A stretch of DNA of 24,000 nt from Alphaproteobacteria bacterium. Lineage in GTDB: Bacteria > Pseudomonadota > Alphaproteobacteria > UBA828 > JAPUJA01. Numbering within the stretch: position 1 is the stretch's first letter; each line of letters begins with the position of its first letter. This document shows, one piece after another, positions 9,602-19,323 of this stretch. The stretch lies in contig CBDFML010000010.1 of NCBI GenBank assembly GCA_965249645.1, positions 416,073-440,072 on the forward strand, read 5' to 3'. The position numbers were made by a program, and so were the translations under genes. The notes beneath the pieces are model-generated. The model was not told the origin of the DNA, did not search any database, and worked only from the letters and a program-made list of their open reading frames with translations.

Positions 9602-11764
9602 CTAGCCCAGATGCTTGAATTGGATGGTAAATAACACCGTGGTCTCGGACTCGACGTCCCGGTCCTCGGTGAATCGCCGGTTCGCACGCAATCGGAAGAG
9701 CAGGCATTCGTCCTCATAGATCAAGCTGCTTCCGGAATTCAGCGACCCGCCGTCACCGGTCAGGTCGCGCCGGTGGTCGAGCGAAAGCGTCCAGGACTTG
9801 GTCAGCTCGACATTGCCGACGAAGGAGATTTCCTCACGATTTGCAAATTCCGACTCCGTGTCGGCGCTGATTTCGGCGTCGAGCTGGATATAGGTTATCG
9901 ACGTGTTGAGATAGGACGGCCCGATCGACGCATTCACTTCGTTGCGCTGGGCGGTGAAGCTCACCCGATCGAGGCGGAAGCGGTAGCTGATATCCAGGTA
10001 ATCCGCCGGCGTGATGGCGAGGCGGCCGACATAGTCCGAAAAATTGCTCTCCAGACCCGTGCCCGTGCCAAAGGTCGAATCGTCTTTCAGACGGGCGCTC
10101 TGGCCCAGCAGTGCCGTGGTTTGTCCGCCGCTCTCGCCGTAGAGCCCCCAGCGCACCCCGTAATTGACCCGCGGTCCGCCCTCGACGCGGTCGAGCCCGG
10201 TGAAACGGTTCGAGCTGAACAGGTTGGTATCGTCGAACTCGAAGTCGACGCTGTCCTCGTTGGGAATCTGGTCGAGGTTTCCGCCGTAGGGACTGACGAT
10301 AGCGGTGACGATCGGCTCGATCATCTGACGGACGCTTTCATGTTGGGCGATCATGGGATAGCGCCAGCCGAGGGTGACCTCGGGGATAACGCGTCCCGTC
10401 ACGCCGTTGAGCGCGGTCGTGTTTGGGTCGGCGGGGTTCGCGACGTCGTTGACCCAATAAAGATCGCCACGCAGTCTGGCTGAAAAATTGTAGATATCGC
10501 CGGAAGCGCCGGTATATCGCGCGTGCCAACCGCCGGTGGTTGACAGGCGTCGGCTGTCGGCTCCCTCGCTGCGTGCCAGCAACAAGGTGTTGGCGTTAAC
10601 ACTCCACCAGGTTCCCGCAGAACTCGGGTCGCTGATGAACTCGTAGTCGAACGAAGGCAGGATAAGCGGAATCTTGCCCGGATCGTCATTCTCCTCCAGC
10701 CCTTGGAACCAGTAGCCGGCAAGCGATGCAAAGCGGCGACCGTCTTGTCCCTGCAGCCAGAGGTCGGTGGTCAACGTATCCTCGCCGCCGAACCCGTAGC
10801 GGCTGCGGTATGTGTCGTCGGTCGCGCGAGAGAGATCGAATCCCCACATCCAGGCCGGGCCCAGAGCGAATCGCCCGTCGCCTTCAATATGACCCCGGGT
10901 TTCCTCGCCGCCGATACGCTCCCCGTCATCGTCTCGCTGGTCGACATGGGTCCAGCTGCCACCCAGGCGATAGATTCCGTTTCCCGTATGCTCGCGGTAT
11001 TCGCCGGCCAGGACGACGCCTTCCTTCGAGGTGAAAATCGGTGCGAACGTGAAGTCGCGCTGGGGTTGAATATTCCAGAAATAGGGCGTCGTGACGTTGA
11101 GGCCGAGGGTGCTCGAGCTGCCGTAGGTAGGGGCGAGAAAGCCGCTCTTTCTCTTCACCGTTGGATCGGGGTGTGCGAAATAAGGCAGGTACATGACCGG
11201 TACGCCGTAGATTTCCATGAAGACGTCGGAATATTCGATCATGCGGTCTTCCTGGTCGTGCTCGACTCGAATGGCTTTGAGTTGCCAAAGCGGCGCACTC
11301 TCCGGATCGTCGGCGCAGAGCGCACAAGGCGAGTAAATAGCCTTGCGCATTTCCGTTCGGTTGCCCGCGGAGCGCCGCGCGCCGTTGGCTGCCAGGCGCG
11401 AGTGGTCGGTCATCAGCAGACGGATATTCGTGACCACGCCATTTTTCATCTGGTTGGTCAGTTCGACCGCATCGGCGAACAGCACCTCGCCGTTGGGCTC
11501 GAGAATGCTCACATTGCCGCTGGCAACCACCCGGTCGCGCCGCTGGTCGTAGGTCACGCGGTCGGCCAGCAGGATGCGGCCGGACTGGGCAAGCTCGACA
11601 TGGCCCTCCGCAGTGACGATTTCCGACGTCTGGTCGTGGGTCAACCAGTCCGCGCGTAGCAGCACGGGCGCATCGGTCGGCGCCTGGGCCTGCGCACCGC
11701 AGAGGGTCGTGACCGAAAGGCTGGTCGCCAGGACCAGGGCGATCACCGAGAGAATGCGGTGCAT
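9602..11764 (-). CDS. lptD: LPS-assembly outer-membrane protein LptD
   Basis: Start trimmed to MHRILSVIALVLATSLSV (ATG 11764; signal peptide ending AQAQA). It has an OstA-like N-terminal region, is a 720-aa beta-barrel-type sequence rich in aromatic-Gly pairs, and ends ...FKHLG. It is positioned after lptG. Confidence 0.9.
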   Translation of the reverse strand: MHRILSVIALVLATSLSVTTLCGAQAQAPTDAPVLLRADWLTHDQTSEIVTAEGHVELAQSGRILLADRVTYDQRRDRVVASGNVSILEPNGEVLFADAVELTNQMKNGVVTNIRLLMTDHSRLAANGARRSAGNRTEMRKAIYSPCALCADDPESAPLWQLKAIRVEHDQEDRMIEYSDVFMEIYGVPVMYLPYFAHPDPTVKRKSGFLAPTYGSSSTLGLNVTTPYFWNIQPQRDFTFAPIFTSKEGVVLAGEYREHTGNGIYRLGGSWTHVDQRDDDGERIGGEETRGHIEGDGRFALGPAWMWGFDLSRATDDTYRSRYGFGGEDTLTTDLWLQGQDGRRFASLAGYWFQGLEENDDPGKIPLILPSFDYEFISDPSSAGTWWSVNANTLLLARSEGADSRRLSTTGGWHARYTGASGDIYNFSARLRGDLYWVNDVANPADPNTTALNGVTGRVIPEVTLGWRYPMIAQHESVRQMIEPIVTAIVSPYGGNLDQIPNEDSVDFEFDDTNLFSSNRFTGLDRVEGGPRVNYGVRWGLYGESGGQTTALLGQSARLKDDSTFGTGTGLESNFSDYVGRLAITPADYLDISYRFRLDRVSFTAQRNEVNASIGPSYLNTSITYIQLDAEISADTESEFANREEISFVGNVELTKSWTLSLDHRRDLTGDGGSLNSGSSLIYEDECLLFRLRANRRFTEDRDVESETTVLFTIQFKHLG

Positions 11765-11768
11765 GGAG

Positions 11769-12863
11769 TTATCCGTCTTCAAGGTGGAACAGCAGGCCGA
11801 TGCCCAGCAGGGTGCATATCCCCGCGGGCGTCCAGGCCGCCAGAGCAGGCGGAATTTTCCCTGAGAGACCAAGGGCGAGGACCACGTCGGAAAGGAAATA
11901 GAATACGAAGCCGGTCAGCACGCCGGCTGCAATCAGCAGCCCCGTACCGCCGCGCCGCGTCAGGCGCAGCGAGAATGTCGCGGCGATCAGCACCATGGCG
12001 CAGAACAGCAATGGAGCCGAGAGCAGGGCATACCAATGGATGCGGTGCTTCACCGCCGAGAAGCCGGCCTTCTCCAACACTTTGATGAAGCCCGGCAGCT
12101 CCCAGAACGACAGCGTTTCGGGAGACGCAAAGCTGTCCTGGATTTGGCTCAGGGTCAGATCCGTGGAAAGCTTGTAGCGGTCGGTAAACTCGGCTGGCCG
12201 GTCCGGCGCGGTCAGCACTGCATCTTGCAGGTCCCAATAGCCGTCCTCGAGCTTCGCGCTCGCCGCGTCGATCCGGCCGATGAAGCTGTCGGTGCCTTCG
12301 AAGCGAAAGATGATTACGTCGTGCAGCACCGTGTCGGGCTCGGTGACCCGCTGCGCATGGATCACCGATTCTCCGCTCTGGCCCGCCTGGCGTAGCCACA
12401 GCCCGGACGACGAAATCGCGAGCAGGCTCGCCTGCTTGCGCAGGTGGGTCGCTTCGAGTTGCTCGTAGCGCGAAACCATGGCCGAGGCGAGCGGGTTATA
12501 GATCGTGATCGTCACCGTGCCGACGAGAAAGGCGATAATCAGGGCAGGCAGCATGAATTGCCAGGCCGATACCCCGGCGGCTCGGGCGACCACCAGTTCG
12601 TGGCTGCGTGTGAGTTTCGAAAAACACAGGATACCGCCGATCAGGATGGCGAATGGGATCGCCTTTTGCGCCATAAATGGCAGCTTCATGAACGCCATCA
12701 ACATCAGCGTGCCGACGTCTGCCGTCTCCTTCGACGCACCTCGGCGAAGCAGCTCGACCAGGTCGAAGACGAAAATGGTTGCAATAAACACAAGAAAGAC
12801 GAGACCGACCCAGGTGAAGAACTGGCGACCGAAATAAACCGACAGCGTCGTCGACAACCTCAT
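11769..12863 (-). CDS. lptG: LPS export ABC transporter permease LptG
   Basis: 364 aa in the YjgP/YjgQ permease family. The N-terminus is LSVYFGRQFF..., with six hydrophobic segments around a periplasmic insert. Its start overlaps the lptF stop by 4 nt. Confidence 0.9.
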   Translation of the reverse strand: MRLSTTLSVYFGRQFFTWVGLVFLVFIATIFVFDLVELLRRGASKETADVGTLMLMAFMKLPFMAQKAIPFAILIGGILCFSKLTRSHELVVARAAGVSAWQFMLPALIIAFLVGTVTITIYNPLASAMVSRYEQLEATHLRKQASLLAISSSGLWLRQAGQSGESVIHAQRVTEPDTVLHDVIIFRFEGTDSFIGRIDAASAKLEDGYWDLQDAVLTAPDRPAEFTDRYKLSTDLTLSQIQDSFASPETLSFWELPGFIKVLEKAGFSAVKHRIHWYALLSAPLLFCAMVLIAATFSLRLTRRGGTGLLIAAGVLTGFVFYFLSDVVLALGLSGKIPPALAAWTPAGICTLLGIGLLFHLEDG

Positions 12864-13996
12864 GACGCCTCACCCGTGTGTGCGCTCTTCTCCCGCAACC
12901 GCCAGAGCGGCCGCCGGTTAGTCGGCCGAACCATGACGTACCAGCCCAGCCCGATTGCCGCCGCGACGTTGAGATACATCAGCGGTGTCAGTATGGTCGA
13001 TTTGGCGACCACGCTCACCAGGGCAAGGCCGATTGCCTCGAACAGGAAGGCCGACAGGATGGCGGCCAAGATGCGTCGCCACTGGCCGCGCCGCGAATAC
13101 TCACCTGTCAGCAAAGCGCCGAGCGCCAGGCAGACGAGTGCCACGGAAAACAGCGGCGCAACCAGTCGCTGGTGGCCCACCGCCCAGAATTTCCCCTTGT
13201 TGTTTTGGTCGTCCTCGCCCCGGCTTGGGTTGAACAGCTCATGCAGGAAGCGCTCGCGCGCCTCGCGCCAACGTTCTTTGGGTCCCGCGGTGAGCTGGCC
13301 CAGATCGAGGGTATAGCGGTCGAAATAGAGTAGTGAGAGTTGACCGCGTTCCGCCTCGATCTGCTGACGGTTGCCGTTGATCATAACGAAACGCGGGCCG
13401 CTCTCGGTGTTCACCAGAGCGCCCCGTTCGGCCATCATGGTCACCGGCTCGCCGTAGATCCGGTTGTCGTGGACCAGGATGCCCAGCAGTTCGCCGTCGC
13501 TCTCGCGGGCTCGGACATAGACGGTCAAATTGTCGGCAACCGTGGTGAAAACGCCTTCCTGAAGCAGGATGCCGGAAAAGTCGCTGCGGATGTTGAACTG
13601 GCGGTCCTTGAAGTCGCGGAAGCTCGCCGGCGAGAAGTAGAGCGTCATGGAGTAGATCACCAGGGTCATGACTCCGGCGATCATCAGCGGCGGTAGGGCG
13701 AGTTGGGCATGGCTGATGCCGCTCGCCTTCAGGCTGATCAGCTCGCTGTCGTTGATCATCTTGTTGTAGACGTAAAGAACCGAGGCAAACAGCGCGATCG
13801 GAGCGATCACCGTGAAAAACGACGGCAGCAGCAGCAGCGTGAGGTAGAGAAAGGCGTCGATCGAGAGCCCTTTGTTGACGATCAGATCGACAAAGCGTAG
13901 AGACTGGGTAAGCCAGACTACCGCCGTCAGACCCAGCAGGATGAAGACCAGCGGTCCGACCAACTGGCGCAGGATGTACCAACTGTAACGACGCAT
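12860..13996 (-). CDS. lptF: LPS export ABC transporter permease LptF
   Basis: 378 aa with N-terminus MRRYSWYILRQLVGPLVF, in the YjgP/YjgQ family. It is divergent from pepA, as in E. coli. Confidence 0.9.
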   Translation of the reverse strand: MRRYSWYILRQLVGPLVFILLGLTAVVWLTQSLRFVDLIVNKGLSIDAFLYLTLLLLPSFFTVIAPIALFASVLYVYNKMINDSELISLKASGISHAQLALPPLMIAGVMTLVIYSMTLYFSPASFRDFKDRQFNIRSDFSGILLQEGVFTTVADNLTVYVRARESDGELLGILVHDNRIYGEPVTMMAERGALVNTESGPRFVMINGNRQQIEAERGQLSLLYFDRYTLDLGQLTAGPKERWREARERFLHELFNPSRGEDDQNNKGKFWAVGHQRLVAPLFSVALVCLALGALLTGEYSRRGQWRRILAAILSAFLFEAIGLALVSVVAKSTILTPLMYLNVAAAIGLGWYVMVRPTNRRPLWRLREKSAHTGEAS

Positions 13997-14098
13997 GTCG
14001 GCGCAGTATAGCCGCCCGCAGGCATCCGGTCACAGCGTCAATATGCCCCGGGACGCGATCTTTTTTTACCGGCCGGCGCCTCGGCCGATGAGGACATC

Positions 14099-15595
14099 AT
14101 GGACATCAATTTTTCTCCGATCGATTTGACTGCTCAGCCGACCCTCGTGGTTGGCGTGCTTGACGAGCGCGCACTCACCGCCAGCGCCGAGGCGGCCGAC
14201 GTTGCCACAGACGGCGCCGTTCGCCGTGCGCTGGCTGTTGGCCGTTTTACCGGCAAAAAGGATCAGACCCTGTCTCTCGCCGCGCCCGCCGGTCTCGGCG
14301 TCGATCGTATTGTCCTGCTCGGCCTCGGTGCGCCCGCCAAGCTTGACACCCTGGCTGTTCAGGAAGTGGGCGGCGCGCTGGTGCCTGCACTCAACGCGCT
14401 AGGCGCGACCCAGGCGGCGGTCGCGCTCGATCCTCTCGACGGCTGTCCGCTTGAGCCGGCGCAGCTTGCGGCCAATCTCGTCTGCGGCGCGCGCCTGCGC
14501 GCGTATCGTTTTGACAAGTACCGCACCAAGGAAAAAGACGACGACAAGCCGACCCTTGCCGCTCTCACCGCCATGTGTGCTGACCCCGAGGCAGCCGAGG
14601 CCGGCCATGCGCCGCTTGCTGCCATTGCTGCCGGGGTCGAGTTCACCCGCGACCTCGTCTCCGAACCCGCCAACGTCGTCTATCCCGAGAGCTTCGCCGA
14701 GCGGGCCGACGGGCTGGCCTCGGTCGGTGTCGACGTCGAGGTCCTCGGCGCGGCCGCGATGAAAAAGCTGGGCATGGGCGCGTTGCTCTCGGTGGGCGAC
14801 GGCAGCGCCCGCGAATCGAAGCTGGCGGTCATGCGCTGGAACGGCGCGCCCGACGCCGATGCGGCTCCCGTCGCCTTCGTCGGCAAGGGCGTCACCTTCG
14901 ATACCGGCGGCATTTCGCTGAAACCCGCCGGGGGCATGGAGGAGATGAAATACGACATGGCCGGCGCGGGCTGCGTGGCCGGGCTGATGAAGGCTCTGGC
15001 CGGGCGCAAGGCGCGGGTCAACGCAGTCGGTGTCCTCGGGTTGGTCGAAAACATGCCGTCGGGCAACGCCACCCGCCCGGGCGACGTGGTCACCTCCATG
15101 TCGGGTCAGACCATCGAAGTCATCAACACCGATGCGGAAGGCCGCCTGGTTCTCTCCGACGCCCTTTATTATACCCGGACCCGGTTCAAGCCGCAGTTCA
15201 TGGTCGATTTGGCGACGCTCACCGGTGCCGTCGTGGTCTCGCTCGGGACCTACCAGGCCGGGCTGTTTTGCAACGACGACGATCTGGCGGAACGCATCAT
15301 GGGAGCGGGCAAGAGCGTCGGCGAAAACGCCTGGCGCATGCCGCTCGGCGAGCGCTACGACAAGGACGTCAACTCCGAGATCGCCGACATGAAGAACGTC
15401 GGCAAGGGGCGCGAGGCGGGCAGTATCACCGCCGCCCAGTTCCTCCAGCGCTTCGTCGGCGAAACCAAATGGGCCCATCTCGATATCGCCGGCATGGCCT
15501 GGTGCAAGAAGGAAACGGCGCTCGTGCCCCAGGGAGCCGCGGGTTTCGGAGTGCGCCTGCTCGACCGGCTCGTCGCCGATCATTACGAAGGCTGA
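14099..15595 (+). CDS. pepA: leucyl aminopeptidase (M17)
   Basis: 498 aa with the M17 signature NTDAEGRLVLSDAL and metal-ligand blocks VGKGVTFDTGG and DMAGAG. Confidence 0.95.
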   Translation: MDINFSPIDLTAQPTLVVGVLDERALTASAEAADVATDGAVRRALAVGRFTGKKDQTLSLAAPAGLGVDRIVLLGLGAPAKLDTLAVQEVGGALVPALNALGATQAAVALDPLDGCPLEPAQLAANLVCGARLRAYRFDKYRTKEKDDDKPTLAALTAMCADPEAAEAGHAPLAAIAAGVEFTRDLVSEPANVVYPESFAERADGLASVGVDVEVLGAAAMKKLGMGALLSVGDGSARESKLAVMRWNGAPDADAAPVAFVGKGVTFDTGGISLKPAGGMEEMKYDMAGAGCVAGLMKALAGRKARVNAVGVLGLVENMPSGNATRPGDVVTSMSGQTIEVINTDAEGRLVLSDALYYTRTRFKPQFMVDLATLTGAVVVSLGTYQAGLFCNDDDLAERIMGAGKSVGENAWRMPLGERYDKDVNSEIADMKNVGKGREAGSITAAQFLQRFVGETKWAHLDIAGMAWCKKETALVPQGAAGFGVRLLDRLVADHYEG

Positions 15596-15607
15596 GCGGC
15601 TCAGGCG

Positions 15608-16057
15608 ATGACCGACGTCGGCTTTTACCATCTCACCGCGACGCCGCTTGAGCGCGCCCTGCCCAAGCTGCTGGAAAAGGTCCTCGAATCGGGTGCCCGC
15701 GCGGTCGTCCTCGCGGCCTCCGAACCGCGCATCGAATCCTTGGACACAGCGCTCTGGGTCTACAATCCCGACAGCTTCCTGCCTCACGGCACAGCCGGCG
15801 CTGGTGTTCCGGCGGACCAGCCGGTCTTTCTCACCGCTTGCGAAGAGAACCCCAACGACGCCGCCATTCTCGTGCTCGTCGACGGAGTCGAGTCGGCCTT
15901 TCTGAGCACGTTTGCCCGCTGCCTCGACGTCTTCGACGGCACCGACGAGGTTGCGGTTGCGGCGGCGCGCGAGCGCTGGAGCGCGCGCAAGGCCGCCGGC
16001 GATGACGTGACTTACTGGAAGCAGGCCGCCGACGGTCGCTGGGAGAAGGGGACGTGA
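15608..16057 (+). CDS. holC: DNA polymerase III chi subunit
   Basis: 149 aa. The N-terminus FYHLT...ERALPKLLEKVLESG.RAVVL and the D..LW......FLPHG pattern are typical of chi. It is in the conserved pepA-holC pairing. Confidence 0.88.
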   Translation: MTDVGFYHLTATPLERALPKLLEKVLESGARAVVLAASEPRIESLDTALWVYNPDSFLPHGTAGAGVPADQPVFLTACEENPNDAAILVLVDGVESAFLSTFARCLDVFDGTDEVAVAAARERWSARKAAGDDVTYWKQAADGRWEKGT

Positions 16058-16085
16058 CGCGCGCGCGGGCCGGGGAGCACGCCCG

Positions 16086-17351
16086 ATGATCGCGGTGCTC
16101 AACGCCGCCGCAGCACTGCTCGGCCTCGCCGCGCTGTTCGGCTTTCTCAACTATCGCTTTCTCAAACTGCCCCAGCCCATCGGCCTGGTCATCATTGCGC
16201 TGCTCGCGTCCCTCGCGGTGATCGGGCTGGATGCGGTCATCCCTGGTCTCGGCCTCGTGGCCGACGTGCGGGCCGCCGTGATCGAACTGCATTTCTCCGA
16301 GGCGCTGATGCAGGGCATGCTGAGCTTCCTGCTGTTTGCCGGCGCGCTCCATGTCGATCTCGGCGCGCTGGCGGCGCGCAAATGGGCGATCGGCACCATG
16401 GCCAGCGTCGGGGTTCTGATCTCGACCGCGCTGGTTGGTTTCGGCATCTGGGGTGTCTTCGCCCTGCTTGGCATTTCCATGCCGCTGATCTTCTGCCTGG
16501 TGTTCGGGGCGCTGATATCGCCGACCGACCCGGTCGCGGTGTTGGGCATCCTCAAGACGGCGAAGATCCCGAAAAGCCTGGAGGCCAAGATCGCGGGCGA
16601 GAGCTTGTTCAATGACGGCATCGGCGTCGTCGTCTTCATCATCCTCGCCGCCATCGCACTGGGCGGCGGTCATGGTGGCGAGGCGCTCAGCGCCGGCGGC
16701 ATCGCGCTCTTGTTCGCGCAGGAGGCGCTGGGCGGTGCGGCGCTCGGGCTGGCCACGGGCGGGCTCGCATTTTATGCCATTCGCGCTATCGACCAGCACA
16801 ATCTCGAGGTCATCATCACGCTCGCGCTGGTCATGGTGACCTACCAGATCGCCACCGTGCTGCATCTTTCCGGACCCATCGCCGTGGTCGTCGCAGGACT
16901 CCTGATCGGCAACCACGGCACCCGCCTCGCTATGAGCAAGACCACCCGGCTCCATCTGACCAACTTCTGGACCCTGCTCGACGAAATCTTCAACGCCGTG
17001 CTCTTCCTGCTCATCGGCATCGAGCTCCTCGTCATCCCCTTCCAGACCTCGCCGGTGCTTGCCGCCCTGATCGCCATTCCCCTGGTCCTGGCCGCGCGCT
17101 TCGTCTCGGTCGGCCTGCCGATCACCCTGCTCGGCACCTTCCGCGAGTTCACCAAGGGCGCGGTGCCGGTGCTCACCTGGGGCGGCATCCGGGGCGGCAT
17201 CTCCGTTGCCCTCGTGCTGTCGCTTCCCAACTCGCCCGAGCGCGACGTGCTGCTTACTGTGTGCTACGGCGTCGTGCTCTTCTCCATCGTGGTCCAGGGC
17301 CTGACCATCGGCCGCTTCGCCCGGCGCATCGTCGGCGGCGGAAAGGATTAG
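16086..17351 (+). CDS. cation:proton antiporter, CPA1 (NhaP-type Na+/H+ exchanger)
   Basis: 421 aa polytopic membrane protein. It carries the CPA1 motifs LISPTDPVAV and GESLFNDGIGVV. Confidence 0.85.
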   Translation: MIAVLNAAAALLGLAALFGFLNYRFLKLPQPIGLVIIALLASLAVIGLDAVIPGLGLVADVRAAVIELHFSEALMQGMLSFLLFAGALHVDLGALAARKWAIGTMASVGVLISTALVGFGIWGVFALLGISMPLIFCLVFGALISPTDPVAVLGILKTAKIPKSLEAKIAGESLFNDGIGVVVFIILAAIALGGGHGGEALSAGGIALLFAQEALGGAALGLATGGLAFYAIRAIDQHNLEVIITLALVMVTYQIATVLHLSGPIAVVVAGLLIGNHGTRLAMSKTTRLHLTNFWTLLDEIFNAVLFLLIGIELLVIPFQTSPVLAALIAIPLVLAARFVSVGLPITLLGTFREFTKGAVPVLTWGGIRGGISVALVLSLPNSPERDVLLTVCYGVVLFSIVVQGLTIGRFARRIVGGGKD

Positions 17352-17692
17352 CGCGAAATCCGCAGCGTCGGATTTGGCAAGCCGGAAACTGCCGGTCGCC
17401 GCAGGGTCGGGGTTGGCTTGAGGCGCGGCCGATCCCGTAAAAATGCGGCGTGAGCCTGCGCGACGCTTGAGCACGTAAAGAAAATTCTGTCCGGGCTTTG
17501 CGCGTGCTATCAATCGCGCGCCACGCTGTGGAATTCCAATTAGGGCATACAGCCCCTCATCGGAACCGGCAGAAAAGCTAGGGCACAAATTCTGATAGAA
17601 GCAGGCGACTGTTAGAACGGTGCCAAGACCAGCATGGCAATCGCGAGAGAATTTGGAGTGCAGTTCAATAGGGCAGGGCGAGGAGATTACGA

Positions 17693-19114
17693 GTGAATAC
17701 GAACCATTGTGACGTTTTGATCATTGGCGGCGGACCCGGAGGGATCAGCGCGGCGAGCAAAATCGCAATGCAGGGGAAAAAGGCGATCGTCGTCAATGAT
17801 GGACCCTTAATGGGTTACGGTATCGAGGGGGCGTTCAAATCGAAGGCTGGTTACGAGATTGCTCGCGAATATCTACACGTGAGCTACCGTGACGATGTTT
17901 TCGGTCAGATACCCGTGATGGATTATTCCGTGCTGCAGAGGGGTATCGAACGGTCTGCTGCCAGCTTGACGGCGATGCTGAAAACCCGGTTACAACGTCT
18001 CAATGTCAGAGTGGTTCAGGGCAAGGCGAGCTTCGTGGATCCTCACAGGGTGGTAGTGGGTAGTGAGGAATTTTCAGGCGACCATATTGTCATTGCCACA
18101 GGAACCCGACCGAGAATTCTCCCGAATATGTCGGTGGACGGGAAAAGAGTGATCACCAGCGATGAGGCTGTCAACCTGTCGGGTTCCCCAAAAAGCATCC
18201 TGATTTTAGGCGCTGGAATAATTGGCTGTGAATTCGCCACCATATTCAACGCCGTGGGGACCCGGGTTCACCTAGTCGATACCAGAGCTAAAATTTTGTC
18301 TAATGAAGACAAAGACATCAGTGATTTCATCCAAAACGCTTTCGACGCATTGGGCATCGATGTCATCCCCTCCAGCCGCTATCAACGCCATGAGCTACAG
18401 GACAACGGCGTCCGAACAAAGTTGTCCACTGGGGATATCAAAACCGAGGCGATATTGTTGGCCGTGGGACGAATACCCTGCGTGGACGAAATGAATTTGG
18501 CGGCCGCAGGCGTTGCCCTGGACAGCCACAATTATATTCAGATTGATGCGAATGCCCGGACCAATGTGCCTCATATCTACGCGGTCGGTGATGTCGGCAC
18601 CAGAAATGTACCGAGCGATTTGTCGCTTGTTCATGTCGCTGAAGCCGAAGGAAGATGCGCCGCCGCTAACATTCTGGGTGTGGAGTATCCGCAAGGTTTA
18701 GATCACGTCCCCTATATTGTTTTTACCGTACCGATGTTGGCTGGTGCCGGCGTCACCGAAGCGTATGTTCGGGAACAATTCGGCGAAGTCCGGGTCGGCA
18801 AGTACCCCTTTGCGCGAAATCACCGGGCCCATGCCATTCAACCGCCAATCGGGTTTGTGAAACTTATCGTTGGCCCCCCCGGCGACGATCGGATTCTCGG
18901 GGTTCGCGTGGTCGGCCCAAATGCGGACGCGATTGTCGGTGCCGCCTCGATAATGATCGAACGGAACTTCCCCTATACCTACCTATTGGAATCGATTTTT
19001 CCCCACCCGTCCCTGCTGGAGGCCCTCAAGGGCGCGGCACATATTATTGCGGGAGATGCTCTTCAATATGAAGAAGGAGAGGAACTATCCGCCGCACAGG
19101 CGCTTGGTAGATGA
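17693..19114 (+). CDS. FAD/NAD(P)-binding oxidoreductase related to dihydrolipoyl dehydrogenase but lacking the redox-active CxxxxC
   Basis: GTG start. It has the FAD motif DVLIIGGGPGG, the NAD motif ILGAGIIGCEF, the block TNVPHIYAVGDV, and the dimerisation-domain His-Glu block FPHPSLLEALKGAA. Where Lpd has GGxCLNxGCIPSK, this protein reads LMGYGIEGAFKSK. The gene is about 50% GC by hand count. Confidence 0.8.
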   Translation: MNTNHCDVLIIGGGPGGISAASKIAMQGKKAIVVNDGPLMGYGIEGAFKSKAGYEIAREYLHVSYRDDVFGQIPVMDYSVLQRGIERSAASLTAMLKTRLQRLNVRVVQGKASFVDPHRVVVGSEEFSGDHIVIATGTRPRILPNMSVDGKRVITSDEAVNLSGSPKSILILGAGIIGCEFATIFNAVGTRVHLVDTRAKILSNEDKDISDFIQNAFDALGIDVIPSSRYQRHELQDNGVRTKLSTGDIKTEAILLAVGRIPCVDEMNLAAAGVALDSHNYIQIDANARTNVPHIYAVGDVGTRNVPSDLSLVHVAEAEGRCAAANILGVEYPQGLDHVPYIVFTVPMLAGAGVTEAYVREQFGEVRVGKYPFARNHRAHAIQPPIGFVKLIVGPPGDDRILGVRVVGPNADAIVGAASIMIERNFPYTYLLESIFPHPSLLEALKGAAHIIAGDALQYEEGEELSAAQALGR

Positions 19115-19284
19115 GCTTGGCACCCCTGTTGTCATTACGTCCCCTGCCGGCATTCTCACGTTAACCGAGGGTGATTTGGCAATAAAGCGACCAAAGCTCT
19201 CGCGTGGCGAGACGGCGCCATTCAGCAAGTGCGATAACATGGCGGTATAAAAACAAGCCTCGGCAATCTCGATGTATCGTTCGC

Positions 19285-19313
19285 AAAATTTTAGATATGC
19301 CGTCTAGAATTTT
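19285..19313. repeat. AT-rich inverted repeat AAAATTTTAGA-(7 nt)-TCTAGAATTTT
   Basis: Read directly from the sequence. It forms 11 pairs including one G-T position, with loop TATGCCG. It could be a weak hairpin or a dimeric protein-binding site. Confidence 0.6.
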
Positions 19314-19323
19314 GAGAAACGGA

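Noticed and set aside
11765-11872. N-terminal extensions offered by the ORF track for lptD (to 11872), the SDR (to 5553), yicC (from 5081), fabG (from 773) and gmk (from 5995).
   Set aside because: The extensions overlap the neighbouring genes and lack homology-like sequence. Internal ATGs give proper N-termini (signal peptide, Rossmann motif, P-loop spacing).
14399-17588. Very long antisense ORFs: 14399..16150 (583 aa) and 15831..17588 (585 aa). Similar ones lie at 629..1612, 2689..3762, 3140..4246 and 4757..6001.
   Set aside because: These are typical high-GC shadow ORFs opposite well-supported genes (pepA, holC, antiporter, fabG, fabF, mltG, yicC). The translations are Arg/Ala/Gly/Pro-rich with no motifs.
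17352-17692. I looked for a tRNA gene, integrase remnant or att-like repeat at the core/accessory boundary after the antiporter gene.
   Set aside because: No cloverleaf-compatible sequence or T-loop (GGTTCGAATCC-like) motif was seen, and there is no recombinase ORF. Only a small hairpin, AAATCCG-cagcgt-CGGATTT, sits right after the antiporter stop. The region is therefore not called a mobile element.
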